Assembly (NCBI GenBank): GCA_965215195.1
Contig: CBDCDC010000002.1
Coordinates: 2,112,001 to 2,176,000, forward strand
Origin: Candidatus Latescibacterota bacterium
Lineage (GTDB): Bacteria > Latescibacterota > UBA2968 > UBA8231
Reading direction: 5' to 3'
DNA length: 64,000 bases
This document shows positions 50,881 to 59,688 of the stretch, piece after piece; the stretch's first letter is position 1, and each line of letters starts with the position of its first letter. The notes under the pieces were generated by a model. It did not search any database and had not been told where the DNA came from. It saw only the letters and a program-made list of their open reading frames with translations. The translations under genes were made by a program, and so were the position numbers.

Positions 50881-52983
50881 CGGCAGCTTGGTCGTCTTTT
50901 TTGTTTGCACCTGTCCGTCGATGTCGACCCGATAGACATACACCCCGGCGGCCACGTCTTTGCCCGCCGCGTCGCGGCCATCCCATACAAACCGATGACT
51001 CCCCGCCCCCAGCGGACCGTCCCATACCTGCCGCACCCGACGACCCAACACATCGTACACCGTCAGCGACACCTCCGCCGCGTCCTTTGCCAAATCAAGG
51101 GGCAGCACCACCGCTGGATTAAACGGATTGGGATAGCTGTCGCCCAGCCGATGTTGCACCGGCCGCGCTGCCGCAGGCGTCATCACCGCCGTCGCCTGCT
51201 CGTCCAGCGAATTCTTGAGCAGATGCACTCCACCCAAGATCGGATCTAACACGACCAAATCGAGATCGCCGTCGCCATCCATATCCCCCGACAGCACGTG
51301 GCTCCCACTGCCCTCCAAACGATGCCGCTCCCCGGCTTGAGTCGGGTTGACACTCCCTCCCCATTCGACAAACACCCCAAAGCCCGAAGCCCGGTCTCCG
51401 CCGATAAACACCCAGTCGTCCACCCCATCGGCGTTGAGGTCGCGCACCACCAACGGCGAGCGCAGAAACAGCCGATCATCATACAGCACCGCCGCTCCTA
51501 CGCGGTCCCCGGCCTTCTTGCTATACAAGGCTAGCCCTTTGCTCCCTTCGATTTGGTTATATATGAACTCGGTGAGAAAATCCACCTGTCCATCGCCATC
51601 AAAGTCGCCCACCCCTAACAGCCACCGCTTCCATTCATTGAATTCAAACATCTCGTTTCTCGGAAGGTCCTCGCCCAAGACGCCCACAGCCCACGTGTTC
51701 GCCCGCCCGAATATCGGCGTCCACACCACGTCGAGGATCCCATCGCCGGTAAAGTCGCCGATGGCGCGGGGCACATGGCGTTCGGCCGCTGCCACCTCCT
51801 CGGAGCTCCACACGCCCTGTTCGACATCCCAGACCGCTAACGTGCTTCCTTCTTCCAACGAAGACACTCCGACAAATAGTTCGACCCGGCCGTCGCCATC
51901 CCAATCCGCCACATCTCTGAGCCATCGGTTCTCAATCTGCACGAGCACCTCGACTTGAAGTTCCGGATCAATAGACCACACTTCTATCACCGTCTCAGCA
52001 CTGCTTACATACATCACGATTTCGTCTTGCCCATCGCCCGTCAAATCAGCCCCCATCGCCTCTAAGGTCACTGTTGGTCTAGTTGTGGCAACTACCTCCT
52101 CTATGCGCCCCAGTTCCAAGGTCCCGTGCCCGTCATTGAGGGCCACCAGCCAGCCCGCTATAGGCCCCCACACCTCCCTTTTTTGCAGGTGCTCATAGAG
52201 AGCGAACAGGTCTAAGTCGCCATCGCCCTCCAAGTCCGTCAACACGCCGGACCCAGCACTGGAGCGGATCCCTAAACCCGGGCTAATCGGATAGAACACC
52301 GGCGGCGCAAAAAGCCCGGCCCCCGCAAAGCCAAAGTACGCTACGTGCGGCGGGGGCAGTTCCCCCTCTAACAACTCTTCCACCCCGGTCAACTCGATCC
52401 AGTCCACCTCAAACCACCCCACCTCCTCGCCCGCCACCGGGGTTTCCTCTCGATCCAGTCCAAAATTGAGCTGAATATCTTTTAACAGGCCGTCCCATAT
52501 CTTCTCGTCTTGATCGGCCAAGGAGATCGTTACTTCCTGCCACTCGGTGGTATAGACTATGTCTTGGGAGAGAATGCCAAACCGGCTTCCAGACGGCGGC
52601 TCTTCGGGATCCCAACCGGAAGACAGGGCGTTGTGTTCATTGGTCCACTCCATCGAAAAAACGCCGACCGTAGGGCGATCATGGACGGTGCGGCAGCGGA
52701 TGCGGACGTGGTCGAACAGAGCCGAATCGTATCCAATGATCGAAGAAATCAATTCGACACTCGGCGTGAGATAATGACTTTTGACGACCGAGGGTGCAAC
52801 CGTGATCCGCCACACGCCGTCTTCGACCACACTTGGGAACAGGTATGCTTCACGCGGACCACCCCATATATAAGCTTCTTTGGCTGCCCACCCTTGCGTC
52901 GTCCCATCGTCGAAATCCCACTTGATCGCCTCGGCGGGGACGCTCCACAGCACAAGCCATACAACAACGGCGAATAGCAACAT
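50878..52983 (-). CDS. Secreted FG-GAP/FlgD-CTD protein, paralog 6
   Basis: Same architecture; 5' flank shared with paralog 5. Confidence 0.88.
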   Translation of the reverse strand: MLLFAVVVWLVLWSVPAEAIKWDFDDGTTQGWAAKEAYIWGGPREAYLFPSVVEDGVWRITVAPSVVKSHYLTPSVELISSIIGYDSALFDHVRIRCRTVHDRPTVGVFSMEWTNEHNALSSGWDPEEPPSGSRFGILSQDIVYTTEWQEVTISLADQDEKIWDGLLKDIQLNFGLDREETPVAGEEVGWFEVDWIELTGVEELLEGELPPPHVAYFGFAGAGLFAPPVFYPISPGLGIRSSAGSGVLTDLEGDGDLDLFALYEHLQKREVWGPIAGWLVALNDGHGTLELGRIEEVVATTRPTVTLEAMGADLTGDGQDEIVMYVSSAETVIEVWSIDPELQVEVLVQIENRWLRDVADWDGDGRVELFVGVSSLEEGSTLAVWDVEQGVWSSEEVAAAERHVPRAIGDFTGDGILDVVWTPIFGRANTWAVGVLGEDLPRNEMFEFNEWKRWLLGVGDFDGDGQVDFLTEFIYNQIEGSKGLALYSKKAGDRVGAAVLYDDRLFLRSPLVVRDLNADGVDDWVFIGGDRASGFGVFVEWGGSVNPTQAGERHRLEGSGSHVLSGDMDGDGDLDLVVLDPILGGVHLLKNSLDEQATAVMTPAAARPVQHRLGDSYPNPFNPAVVLPLDLAKDAAEVSLTVYDVLGRRVRQVWDGPLGAGSHRFVWDGRDAAGKDVAAGVYVYRVDIDGQVQTKKTTKLP

Positions 52984-53046
52984 GAGATCACAGTTCCTTT
53001 CCAACAGGTAAAATTCCGACCAGACCGTGTACTATCCGTGAAGTAC

Positions 53047-53094
53047 GAAAGGAAAAGAGGGCCGGCTTAATCGCTATGATTAAACCGGCCTCTT
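53047..53094 (-). terminator. Putative intrinsic terminator downstream of the Cys-rich peptide
   Basis: Imperfect stem aagagggccggcttaatc/gattaaaccggcctctt followed on the minus strand by a pyrimidine/T-rich tract. Confidence 0.5.
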
Positions 53095-53102
53095 ACACCT
53101 TA

Positions 53103-53247
53103 GAAGCTGTCTGAAAACCCCCGTCAGGCAACCTCAAGGGGCGTCAAGTGGCCTTCGCATCAAGCGTTTTTCATAGGGCGAGACGCTCTTGATCCTAGGC
53201 CTTTTTCTTCGCGCAAAGGACAGCACCCGGAGTTTTCAGACAGCTTC
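53103..53247. mobile_element. 145-bp MITE
   Basis: Perfect 16-bp TIR GAAGCTGTCTGAAAAC/GTTTTCAGACAGCTTC flanked on both sides by TTA (53100-102, 53248-250). Confidence 0.8.
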
Positions 53248-53259
53248 TTAGAACGGTTC

Positions 53260-53547
53260 TTAGGGAACACACTCGCAACGCAAAAAGAATAAGCTACAGT
53301 CTTCAAACTGTTCGTAATAGCAGCACCGGTTTGGTGCGTCACGATTCTTCCTTGCACATCCTGAGTTGTAGGGGCAATCATCGCTAAAAATGCGATGGTC
53401 GCACTCGTGATCGTCAGCTTTGACTTGCTTCGCCCCGAGCAGGATGGCGACCCCGGTGAGGGCGCTGATGACCCACCCGAGCCCCAACCCCTGCCGCATC
53501 GGAGCCAAGCCGCTCGACGACGTGAAGAATTCCCTCAAGCTATCCAT
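53260..53547 (-). CDS. Small secreted Cys-rich peptide (95 aa precursor, 8 Cys), no CTD
   Basis: AGGAGG SD; leader MDSLREFFTSSSGLAPMRQG...VKA/D homologous to 39509 and 40334; mature part DDHEC...CECVP. Confidence 0.8.
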   Translation of the reverse strand: MDSLREFFTSSSGLAPMRQGLGLGWVISALTGVAILLGAKQVKADDHECDHRIFSDDCPYNSGCARKNRDAPNRCCYYEQFEDCSLFFLRCECVP

Positions 53548-53690
53548 GCTTCTTTCCTCCTGATAACTCCAGTACCTCCGCGACCCCATGCCGCTACAAT
53601 ACTGGAAGTGAGCGTTGAGCAATGGCCGATACGAGTCCGTATTATCTCACCTCCTTTCGTCTGCATCGGCCTTGCCTTCGCGGAGTATAT

Positions 53691-53708
53691 ATGCAAGTTC
53701 CGTGCCAA
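53691..53708 (-). promoter_or_regulatory. Sigma-54 (-24/-12) promoter
   Basis: Minus strand TTGGCACGGAACTTGCAT matches TGGCACG-N4-TTGCW exactly. Confidence 0.85.
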
Positions 53709-53830
53709 CAAGCAGGCCACGCACAAAAAAATCCTTTAGGATGCACCTAAAGGATTGAAAAACATGATACTTAAAATTATGGAAAGGGTCTCTCTACGAT
53801 GCGCGGCCTCAGCCATTGGCGCAAGGCAGC

Positions 53831-53886
53831 ATACGATTTTCCGTATTTAATACGATTTTCCGTATCCTCAATACGATTTTCCGTAT
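53831..53886. promoter_or_regulatory. Three copies of the palindromic 16-mer ATACGATTTTCCGTAT (candidate enhancer/UAS)
   Basis: Identical copies at 53831, 53850 and 53871; ATACG-N6-CGTAT dyad; about 120-180 bp upstream of the sigma-54 site. Confidence 0.65.
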
Positions 53887-53960
53887 GCGCTGAGGCCCCA
53901 CCATCCCACTTTCGCTCCACAGCATTGAGGCGGGCGGAAGAAGCCGCGGGATAAACTTAT

Positions 53961-55078
53961 GGAATCTCTGATTAAGTTTTCTGGCGTATTCTTCCCTGAG
54001 CGGCTATTGTCTAAGGCAACGGAGCCGATGCGATGCACCAACTCCGTTGTTCCGATGAAGCCTATCCCCCTAAGAAGAAGACCACCCGTAAAGAACGCTT
54101 TCTGTCGGAGATGCATGACCTGTTACCGTGGCACGCTCTGCTCCAACCGATTGAGCAGAAGTATCCGAAACCGGGTAGGGGTCGGCGTCCGATTCCGGCG
54201 GCGGTGATGGGGCGGATTTACTTCCTGCAACAGTGGTATGGCTTGAGTGATCCGGCGATGGAAGACAGTCTGTATGATGTCGAAACGATGCGCCGCTTCG
54301 CGGGGGTGACGCTTGACCGCATTCCGGATGAGACGACGATCTGCAAGTTCCGCCACTTCTTGGAGAAGCATCGTTTGACGGAGGCCTTGTTTCAGCGTAC
54401 CGCACAGTATCTGTCGGCACGGGGTATGCTCGTCCGCGCGTGGACCCTCGTGGACGCGACGATCGTCCACGCGCCCACGTCGACGAAGAACCAAGCCCAG
54501 GCTCGGGACCCGCAGATGGGGTCTACGAAGCAGGGGACGACGTGGTATTTTGGCCTCAAAGCGCATGTGGGTAGTGATCTTCAGGGGCGGGTGCCTCGCG
54601 TCGTGGTGCCCTCGGCCTCGGGGCATGATTCGACGGGGATGGACGAGTGTTTGCATGGCCAAGAACAGGTCATCTATGGCGACAAAGCCCATGCCCGTGC
54701 CCAACGCCAAGCCGCCGCCGAATCGGATAGTATTCAGTGGCGGGTGCTTCGCAAAGCCCGCCGCCGCAAGAAGCTGACCGGGGCCGATCGTGCGTTCAAC
54801 CCAAAGAGCAACCGCGTCCGAGCCCGGGTCGAACATGCCTTTGGGGTCATCAAGCACCTGTGGGGCTATCGCAAAGTGCACTATCGCGGGTTGGCCAATT
54901 TCTATCTGGCGCGTAGCGCATTGGCCGCGAGGTAGGCCGCCGTCGGTCCCGAGGGGGGGATCGGGACGAGGAACGGGGAGAAAAACACCGGAAAAATAGA
55001 GCCCGGTGCCCATGTGGTACGGAATATAACACTCAGAGGTGGCTGTTAAATAAAAAAACTGACTTGATCAGAGGTTCC
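53961..55078 (+). mobile_element. IS5-family insertion sequence
   Basis: TIRs GGAATCTCTGATTAAGT (53961) and ACTTGATCAGAGGTTCC (55062-78); no matching target duplication. Confidence 0.88.
54033..54935 (+). CDS. IS5-family DDE transposase (probably degenerate C-terminus)
   Basis: TRKERFLSEM, IYFLQQWYGLSDPAMEDSLYD, IPDETTICKFRH, VDATI, WYFGLKAHVG, YGDKA, RARVEHAF. Confidence 0.9.
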   Translation: MHQLRCSDEAYPPKKKTTRKERFLSEMHDLLPWHALLQPIEQKYPKPGRGRRPIPAAVMGRIYFLQQWYGLSDPAMEDSLYDVETMRRFAGVTLDRIPDETTICKFRHFLEKHRLTEALFQRTAQYLSARGMLVRAWTLVDATIVHAPTSTKNQAQARDPQMGSTKQGTTWYFGLKAHVGSDLQGRVPRVVVPSASGHDSTGMDECLHGQEQVIYGDKAHARAQRQAAAESDSIQWRVLRKARRRKKLTGADRAFNPKSNRVRARVEHAFGVIKHLWGYRKVHYRGLANFYLARSALAAR

Positions 55079-55082
55079 TATA

Positions 55083-55323
55083 ATGGATGCTTGGGCGGTC
55101 CCATGCTGTCTTATCCTCGTTCGAGTCAAACAGCTCAACGCAATGGCCTCTTAGAAGCGGTCCTAAGTACGCGACCCTTACTTTGAGTACGCATTTTCTG
55201 CTGTGTCCGATATGTCCAGGATCGAGGGCGTCTCGCCCTCGCACCCAAGCCTCTGGGGCCGCAGAGGCCGGCACGAGAGGTTTGTCACGCCTCTTCACCG
55301 CGCCTGGTGCAGCAGACAACTCC
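55083..55323. repeat. Array spacer (conserved block plus REP/MITE unit)
   Basis: Near-identical to 33794-34080. Confidence 0.85.
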
Positions 55324-57408
55324 TCACGGCAGCTTCGTCGTCTTTTTCGCTTCCACTCGCCCATCCACTTCGACCCGATAGACATACACCCCGGCGGCCA
55401 CGTCTTTGCCCGCCGCGTCGCGGCCGTCCCACACAAACCGATGATTCCCCGCCCGCAGCGGACCATCCCACACCTGCCGCACCCGACGACCCAACACATC
55501 GTACACCGTCAGCGACACCCCCGCCGCGTCCGTCGCTAAATCAAGAGGGATCACCACCGCCGGATTGAACGGATTGGGATAGCTGTCGCCGAGCCGATGG
55601 CTCACCGGTCGGCCCGCTGCCGCTGGCGTCAGCACCGCGGTCATCTGTTCGCCCACCAGACTCTTGAGCACATGTACGCCGCCCAATACCGAATCCAACA
55701 CCACCAAGTCCAGATCGCCGTCGCCATCGACATCGCCGGAAAGCACCTGTACCCCATCGCCGGCCAAGCGATGGGTCTCTACTTCTTTAGTTGGGTTCGC
55801 ACCTCCGCCCCATTCGATAAACACGCCAAAACCCGAGGCGCGGTCCCCGCCGACAAACGCCCAATCATCTACCCCATCGGCGTCCAAGTCATGCACCATC
55901 ACCGGAGAGCGTAGAAACAGCCGTCCATCATACAGCACCTCCTCTTCTACACCGTCCCCAAGTCGATGGCTCCGCACAACGAGACCCTTGCGATGTTCGG
56001 GGCCTTCGTAGCGCAAGGCCGCCAGCAAATCGACTTGCCCATTGCCATCAAAATCGCCCGTTCGTAAAAAAGTGGCTGAATCGAGGCTCCGGGCGGGCTC
56101 GAAGACCAATAGGGAACCCTCCGTAAATTCACCTCTCAACCGAGACATAACCCATGTGTGGGCTTGGCCGAAGATGGGTGCCCACAGCACGTCCAACTCC
56201 CCATCGCCCGTAAGGTCGCCCACCTGAAAGGGACCATGATCCTCGGGGAGTGCCGCCAACCGCGAAGCAGTCCATACGCCACCCGCTACATCCCAGACTT
56301 CCAAATAGGAGTCGTCTTCAGAAAAAAGTTCGACATCGCCGTCGCCATCCCAATCCACGAGATCCACCATATAGCGATCGCTCATCTGCGCGAGCACCTC
56401 AATCTGGAGGGCTGGCCCCAGAGACCAAACCGCTGGTTTACCATTTATAACCAGCACAATCTCATCGGTCCCATCGCCGGTCAAGTCGCCCGCCTGCACA
56501 TTCAAGGAAGCCAATCCCGTCTCCTCGGTGAGGACGGATTCAAAGGCCCCTTCGCCATCGTTAAGGGCTATGACCCAACCGTCTGTGGACAATCCCTTGG
56601 GCGGGAAATGGTCCCAAACAGCAAAAAGGTCTAAGTCGCCATCGCCATCCAAATCCGTCAAGACGCCGGCCCTGCGGTCTCCTCTAACGAAGGAGTCCCC
56701 TAAACCTAGCACAATGGGATAGAAAACCGGCGGCGCAAAACGTCCAGCACCCTCAAAGTGAAAATACTCAGCTTGAGGAGGTGGCAATTCCCCCTGTAAG
56801 ATCTCTTCCACGCCGGCCAACTCAATCCAGTCGATCTCCAAGCCGCCCACCTTCGCCTCGGCCGGGCGCGGTACATTTATTTCGCCCTGATCCAAGTAAA
56901 AACTCAGCCGAATATCCCTCAACGCACCGTCCCATAGAATCTCATCCTGGTCTGCAATGGAGATTGCTACTTCTTGCCACTCGGTCGTGAAAACAAAATT
57001 CCGTGGACCCGGGATCCGAAAGCGTCGTTTAGTAGGAAACTCAGGATCGTGCCCCGGCAGCATGAGGTTGTGTTCATTGGTCCATTTGAAGTTAAAAAAA
57101 CCTAACGTGGGGATGTGATGGATCGTGCGGAACCGAATCTGCACCCGGTCGAAAAGGGCCGATTCGTAGCCTATCGTAGGAGAAATCACTTCGACACTCG
57201 GATTATCGTCATCCGAACGAAACGCCTCAATTGCCCACACGTCGTCTGCAACCACCCCAGACAATAGGTGAAACGAATGACGGCCGCCGGATGAAACGTC
57301 CTTTTTGGCGGACCACCCTTGGGTCGTCTCGCCATCGAAATCCCACCGAATCGCCTCAGTGGAGCTACCCCATAGCATCACGCATATAAAAACGAGGGGC
57401 TTCAACAT
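55324..57408 (-). CDS. Secreted FG-GAP/FlgD-CTD protein, paralog 7 (most divergent)
   Basis: TEA/IRWDFDGETTQGW, FG-GAP motifs, CTD KKTTKLP. Confidence 0.88.
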   Translation of the reverse strand: MLKPLVFICVMLWGSSTEAIRWDFDGETTQGWSAKKDVSSGGRHSFHLLSGVVADDVWAIEAFRSDDDNPSVEVISPTIGYESALFDRVQIRFRTIHHIPTLGFFNFKWTNEHNLMLPGHDPEFPTKRRFRIPGPRNFVFTTEWQEVAISIADQDEILWDGALRDIRLSFYLDQGEINVPRPAEAKVGGLEIDWIELAGVEEILQGELPPPQAEYFHFEGAGRFAPPVFYPIVLGLGDSFVRGDRRAGVLTDLDGDGDLDLFAVWDHFPPKGLSTDGWVIALNDGEGAFESVLTEETGLASLNVQAGDLTGDGTDEIVLVINGKPAVWSLGPALQIEVLAQMSDRYMVDLVDWDGDGDVELFSEDDSYLEVWDVAGGVWTASRLAALPEDHGPFQVGDLTGDGELDVLWAPIFGQAHTWVMSRLRGEFTEGSLLVFEPARSLDSATFLRTGDFDGNGQVDLLAALRYEGPEHRKGLVVRSHRLGDGVEEEVLYDGRLFLRSPVMVHDLDADGVDDWAFVGGDRASGFGVFIEWGGGANPTKEVETHRLAGDGVQVLSGDVDGDGDLDLVVLDSVLGGVHVLKSLVGEQMTAVLTPAAAGRPVSHRLGDSYPNPFNPAVVIPLDLATDAAGVSLTVYDVLGRRVRQVWDGPLRAGNHRFVWDGRDAAGKDVAAGVYVYRVEVDGRVEAKKTTKLP

Positions 57409-57426
57409 AATCACTCACTTTCTCAC

Positions 57427-57665
57427 ATGGATGCTTGGGCGGTCCCATGCCGTCTTATCCTCGTTTGCGTCAAATAGCTCAACGCAATGGCCTCTTAGAA
57501 GCGGTCCTAAGTACGCGACCCTCACTTTGAGTACGCATTTTCTGCTGTGTCCGATGGGTCCAGGATCGAGGGCGTCCCGCCCTCGACGAGGGCAAGATGC
57601 CCTCGCACCCAAGCCTCTGGGGTTTGTCACGCCTCTTCACCGCGCCTAGTGCAGCAGACAACTCC
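57427..57665. repeat. Array spacer (conserved block plus REP/MITE unit)
   Basis: Near-identical to 59257-59495. Confidence 0.85.
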
Positions 57666-57854
57666 TCACGGCAGCTTCGTCGTCTTTTTCGCTTCCACCC
57701 GCCCGTCGATTTCGACCCGATAGACATACACCCCAGCGGCCACCGCCTTACCTTCCCCGTCGCGCCCATCCCACACAAACCGATGGCTCCCCGCCGCCAG
57801 CGACCCGTCCCACACCTGCCGCACCCGACGACCCAACACTTCGTACACCGTCAA
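57666..57854 (-). pseudogene. Orphan 3' half of the FlgD-CTD
   Basis: LTVYEVLGRRVRQVW...KKTTKLP* begins a few bases after the DUF4159 stop, with no N-terminal partner. Confidence 0.8.
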
Positions 57855-57858
57855 TCCC

Positions 57859-59205
57859 TCACTCCGCATCAACTAATTGCCGTGCCAGCGATCCCTCCCG
57901 CGTCAACGCATACACCACGACATTGACGCCCAAATTATACACCAACGGCTCCTCGGCACTGAAGAGAGACGAGTGGTTGATTACGTTATTCGCCAAAGAC
58001 CAATCCATCAACTCCCGACCGATGCCCGCCCAGAAATCGGCATAGCCGCGCATTGAATACACCCCCACCAACTGCTCCCCAACTACGATGCCCTCCAAAT
58101 AGTCCGGGGTACGGGGCGGGTAGTCTTGTCCGTCAACGACAAAGTTCATATCGCGCATCCCCCGCGGCAGACTGTTTACATCGTAGAAGCAATGATAGAG
58201 CGGATGGGTTAGCTCTAGGCGAGTAAACTTCCAGTCCTTCCATTCTTGATAGCCCACCGCTTGGAAGCTGGCGCGAATGAGGGAACGCACCGCCGGAATA
58301 TCCAATTCGTCATCGCTGTAATTGGGCCACAAAAAGCGCACAATGTCCGCAAACAGGAAGCCGCCGCCGGTCAAATACGTCCCTAAATTGGCCGCCTCGC
58401 TGTCCGTAAACTCAAAGGGGGTATCGGCGGTCAGGAGGACGAAGGGGACTTGCAAAAGCTGCGGATCGTCGAGCCGAACCGCGTCGCGCACCTCAACGTG
58501 AACCTGCGTTGTGGCGACCATCTTGTCGGCCAACCCTTGCAGCATCCGCCGTTCCACCAAGCGGCGCGGCATCTGGTGATACCAGCGCACTTGTCTGTTT
58601 TCGGCCTGTTCACTGTATTCAGCCCGTTCGATGGAAGGGCTGTAAATGCCGGACATATAGAGAAAGCCCTTGAGCTTGCGCCGGTCTTGGGGATCAACGA
58701 CCACCATCGCCCGGTGCTGACCCGTGTCCATCGCCTGCACATCCATCAGTTCCAACGCCAAGTCAATCTCGTCGGCCCCCTGCCGCACTCCTTCCAATGC
58801 CCCAACCCGTAGGGACGGACCAATGTGCCGAGCGGGGAAGTCCGGCACCGGCAGCACCAGCCGTGCCGGCAACGACGCCGTCGGCAGCCGGAGCGCCGAG
58901 GTCTGGAACAGGGGCAACGGCCGCGTCGCCGACGGTGCCGGCCGCATGGCCACCACCGGGGCCGCTTGCAGGGCGGAGCGGCGCACTAAGGGACGCTGTT
59001 GGGGCCTCTGCCGGCGGGCGAGGGTGCGTGGCAGCGGGCGCTTCTTGGTAAACTTCACCATGATCGGCGGTTGCACGGGAAAGTGAGTAGCCCGCTCATG
59101 GCGCGGAATTCCGAAGATCACCAGCAGATGCAAAGCCAGCGACAGCGCCAAGCAGCTTTGCAGCTTTCTATTTTTTCTGAATGGGACTTTCCACGGTCGT
59201 TTCAT
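57859..59205 (-). CDS. DUF4159-domain protein with TonB-like anchor, copy 3
   Basis: Paralog; the DUF4159 half is almost identical to copy 1. Confidence 0.8.
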   Translation of the reverse strand: MKRPWKVPFRKNRKLQSCLALSLALHLLVIFGIPRHERATHFPVQPPIMVKFTKKRPLPRTLARRQRPQQRPLVRRSALQAAPVVAMRPAPSATRPLPLFQTSALRLPTASLPARLVLPVPDFPARHIGPSLRVGALEGVRQGADEIDLALELMDVQAMDTGQHRAMVVVDPQDRRKLKGFLYMSGIYSPSIERAEYSEQAENRQVRWYHQMPRRLVERRMLQGLADKMVATTQVHVEVRDAVRLDDPQLLQVPFVLLTADTPFEFTDSEAANLGTYLTGGGFLFADIVRFLWPNYSDDELDIPAVRSLIRASFQAVGYQEWKDWKFTRLELTHPLYHCFYDVNSLPRGMRDMNFVVDGQDYPPRTPDYLEGIVVGEQLVGVYSMRGYADFWAGIGRELMDWSLANNVINHSSLFSAEEPLVYNLGVNVVVYALTREGSLARQLVDAE

Positions 59206-59256
59206 CGGCTCACCTCCCTTCGCAAAGCAGGATTAAACCGGCGTAAATCCAGTATA

Positions 59257-59495
59257 ATGGATGCTTGGGCGGTCTCATGCCGTCTTATCCTCGTTCGAGT
59301 CAAACAGCTCAACGCAATGGCCTCTTAGAAGCGGCCCTAAGTACGCGACCCTCACTTTGAGTACGCATTTTCTGCTGTGTCCGATGGGTCCGGGATCGAG
59401 GGCGTCCCGCCCTCGACGAGGGCAAGATGCCCTCGCACCCAAGCCTCTGGGGTTTGTCACACCTCTTCACCGCGCCTAGTGAAGCAGACAACTCC
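59257..59495. repeat. Array spacer (conserved block plus REP/MITE unit)
   Basis: Same family as 33794, 55083 and 57427. Confidence 0.85.
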
Positions 59496-59684
59496 TCACG
59501 GCAGCTTCGTCGTCTTTTTCGCTTCCACTCGCCCATCCACTTCGACCCGATAGACATACACCCCGGCGGCCACGTCTCTGCCCGCCGCGTCGCGGCCATC
59601 CCACACAAAACGATGGCTCCCCGCCCGCAGCGGCCCCTGCCACACTGGCCGCACCCGACGACCCAACACTTCGTACACCGTCAA
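59496..59684 (-). pseudogene. Orphan 3' half of the FlgD-CTD
   Basis: [15 protein letters not shown]...KKTTKLP*, same junction as 57666-57854. Confidence 0.8.
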
Positions 59685-59688
59685 TCCC

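Noticed and set aside
53831-53886. Plasmid iterons or replication origin
   Set aside because: No rep gene or DnaA boxes; the dyad symmetry and position upstream of a sigma-54 box fit an enhancer better
34081-57408. Diversity-generating retroelement
   Set aside because: No reverse transcriptase in the window; the variation includes indels, lies in N-terminal and internal loops, and the C-termini are constant
33794-59495. CRISPR array
   Set aside because: The repeats are long, kilobases apart and separated by genes; there is no 25-45-bp repeat/spacer periodicity and no cas gene
33794-59495. Integron attC cassette array
   Set aside because: No integrase, and I could not find consistent RYYYAAC...GTTRRRY ends; many genes are joined by 12-nt linkers without any site
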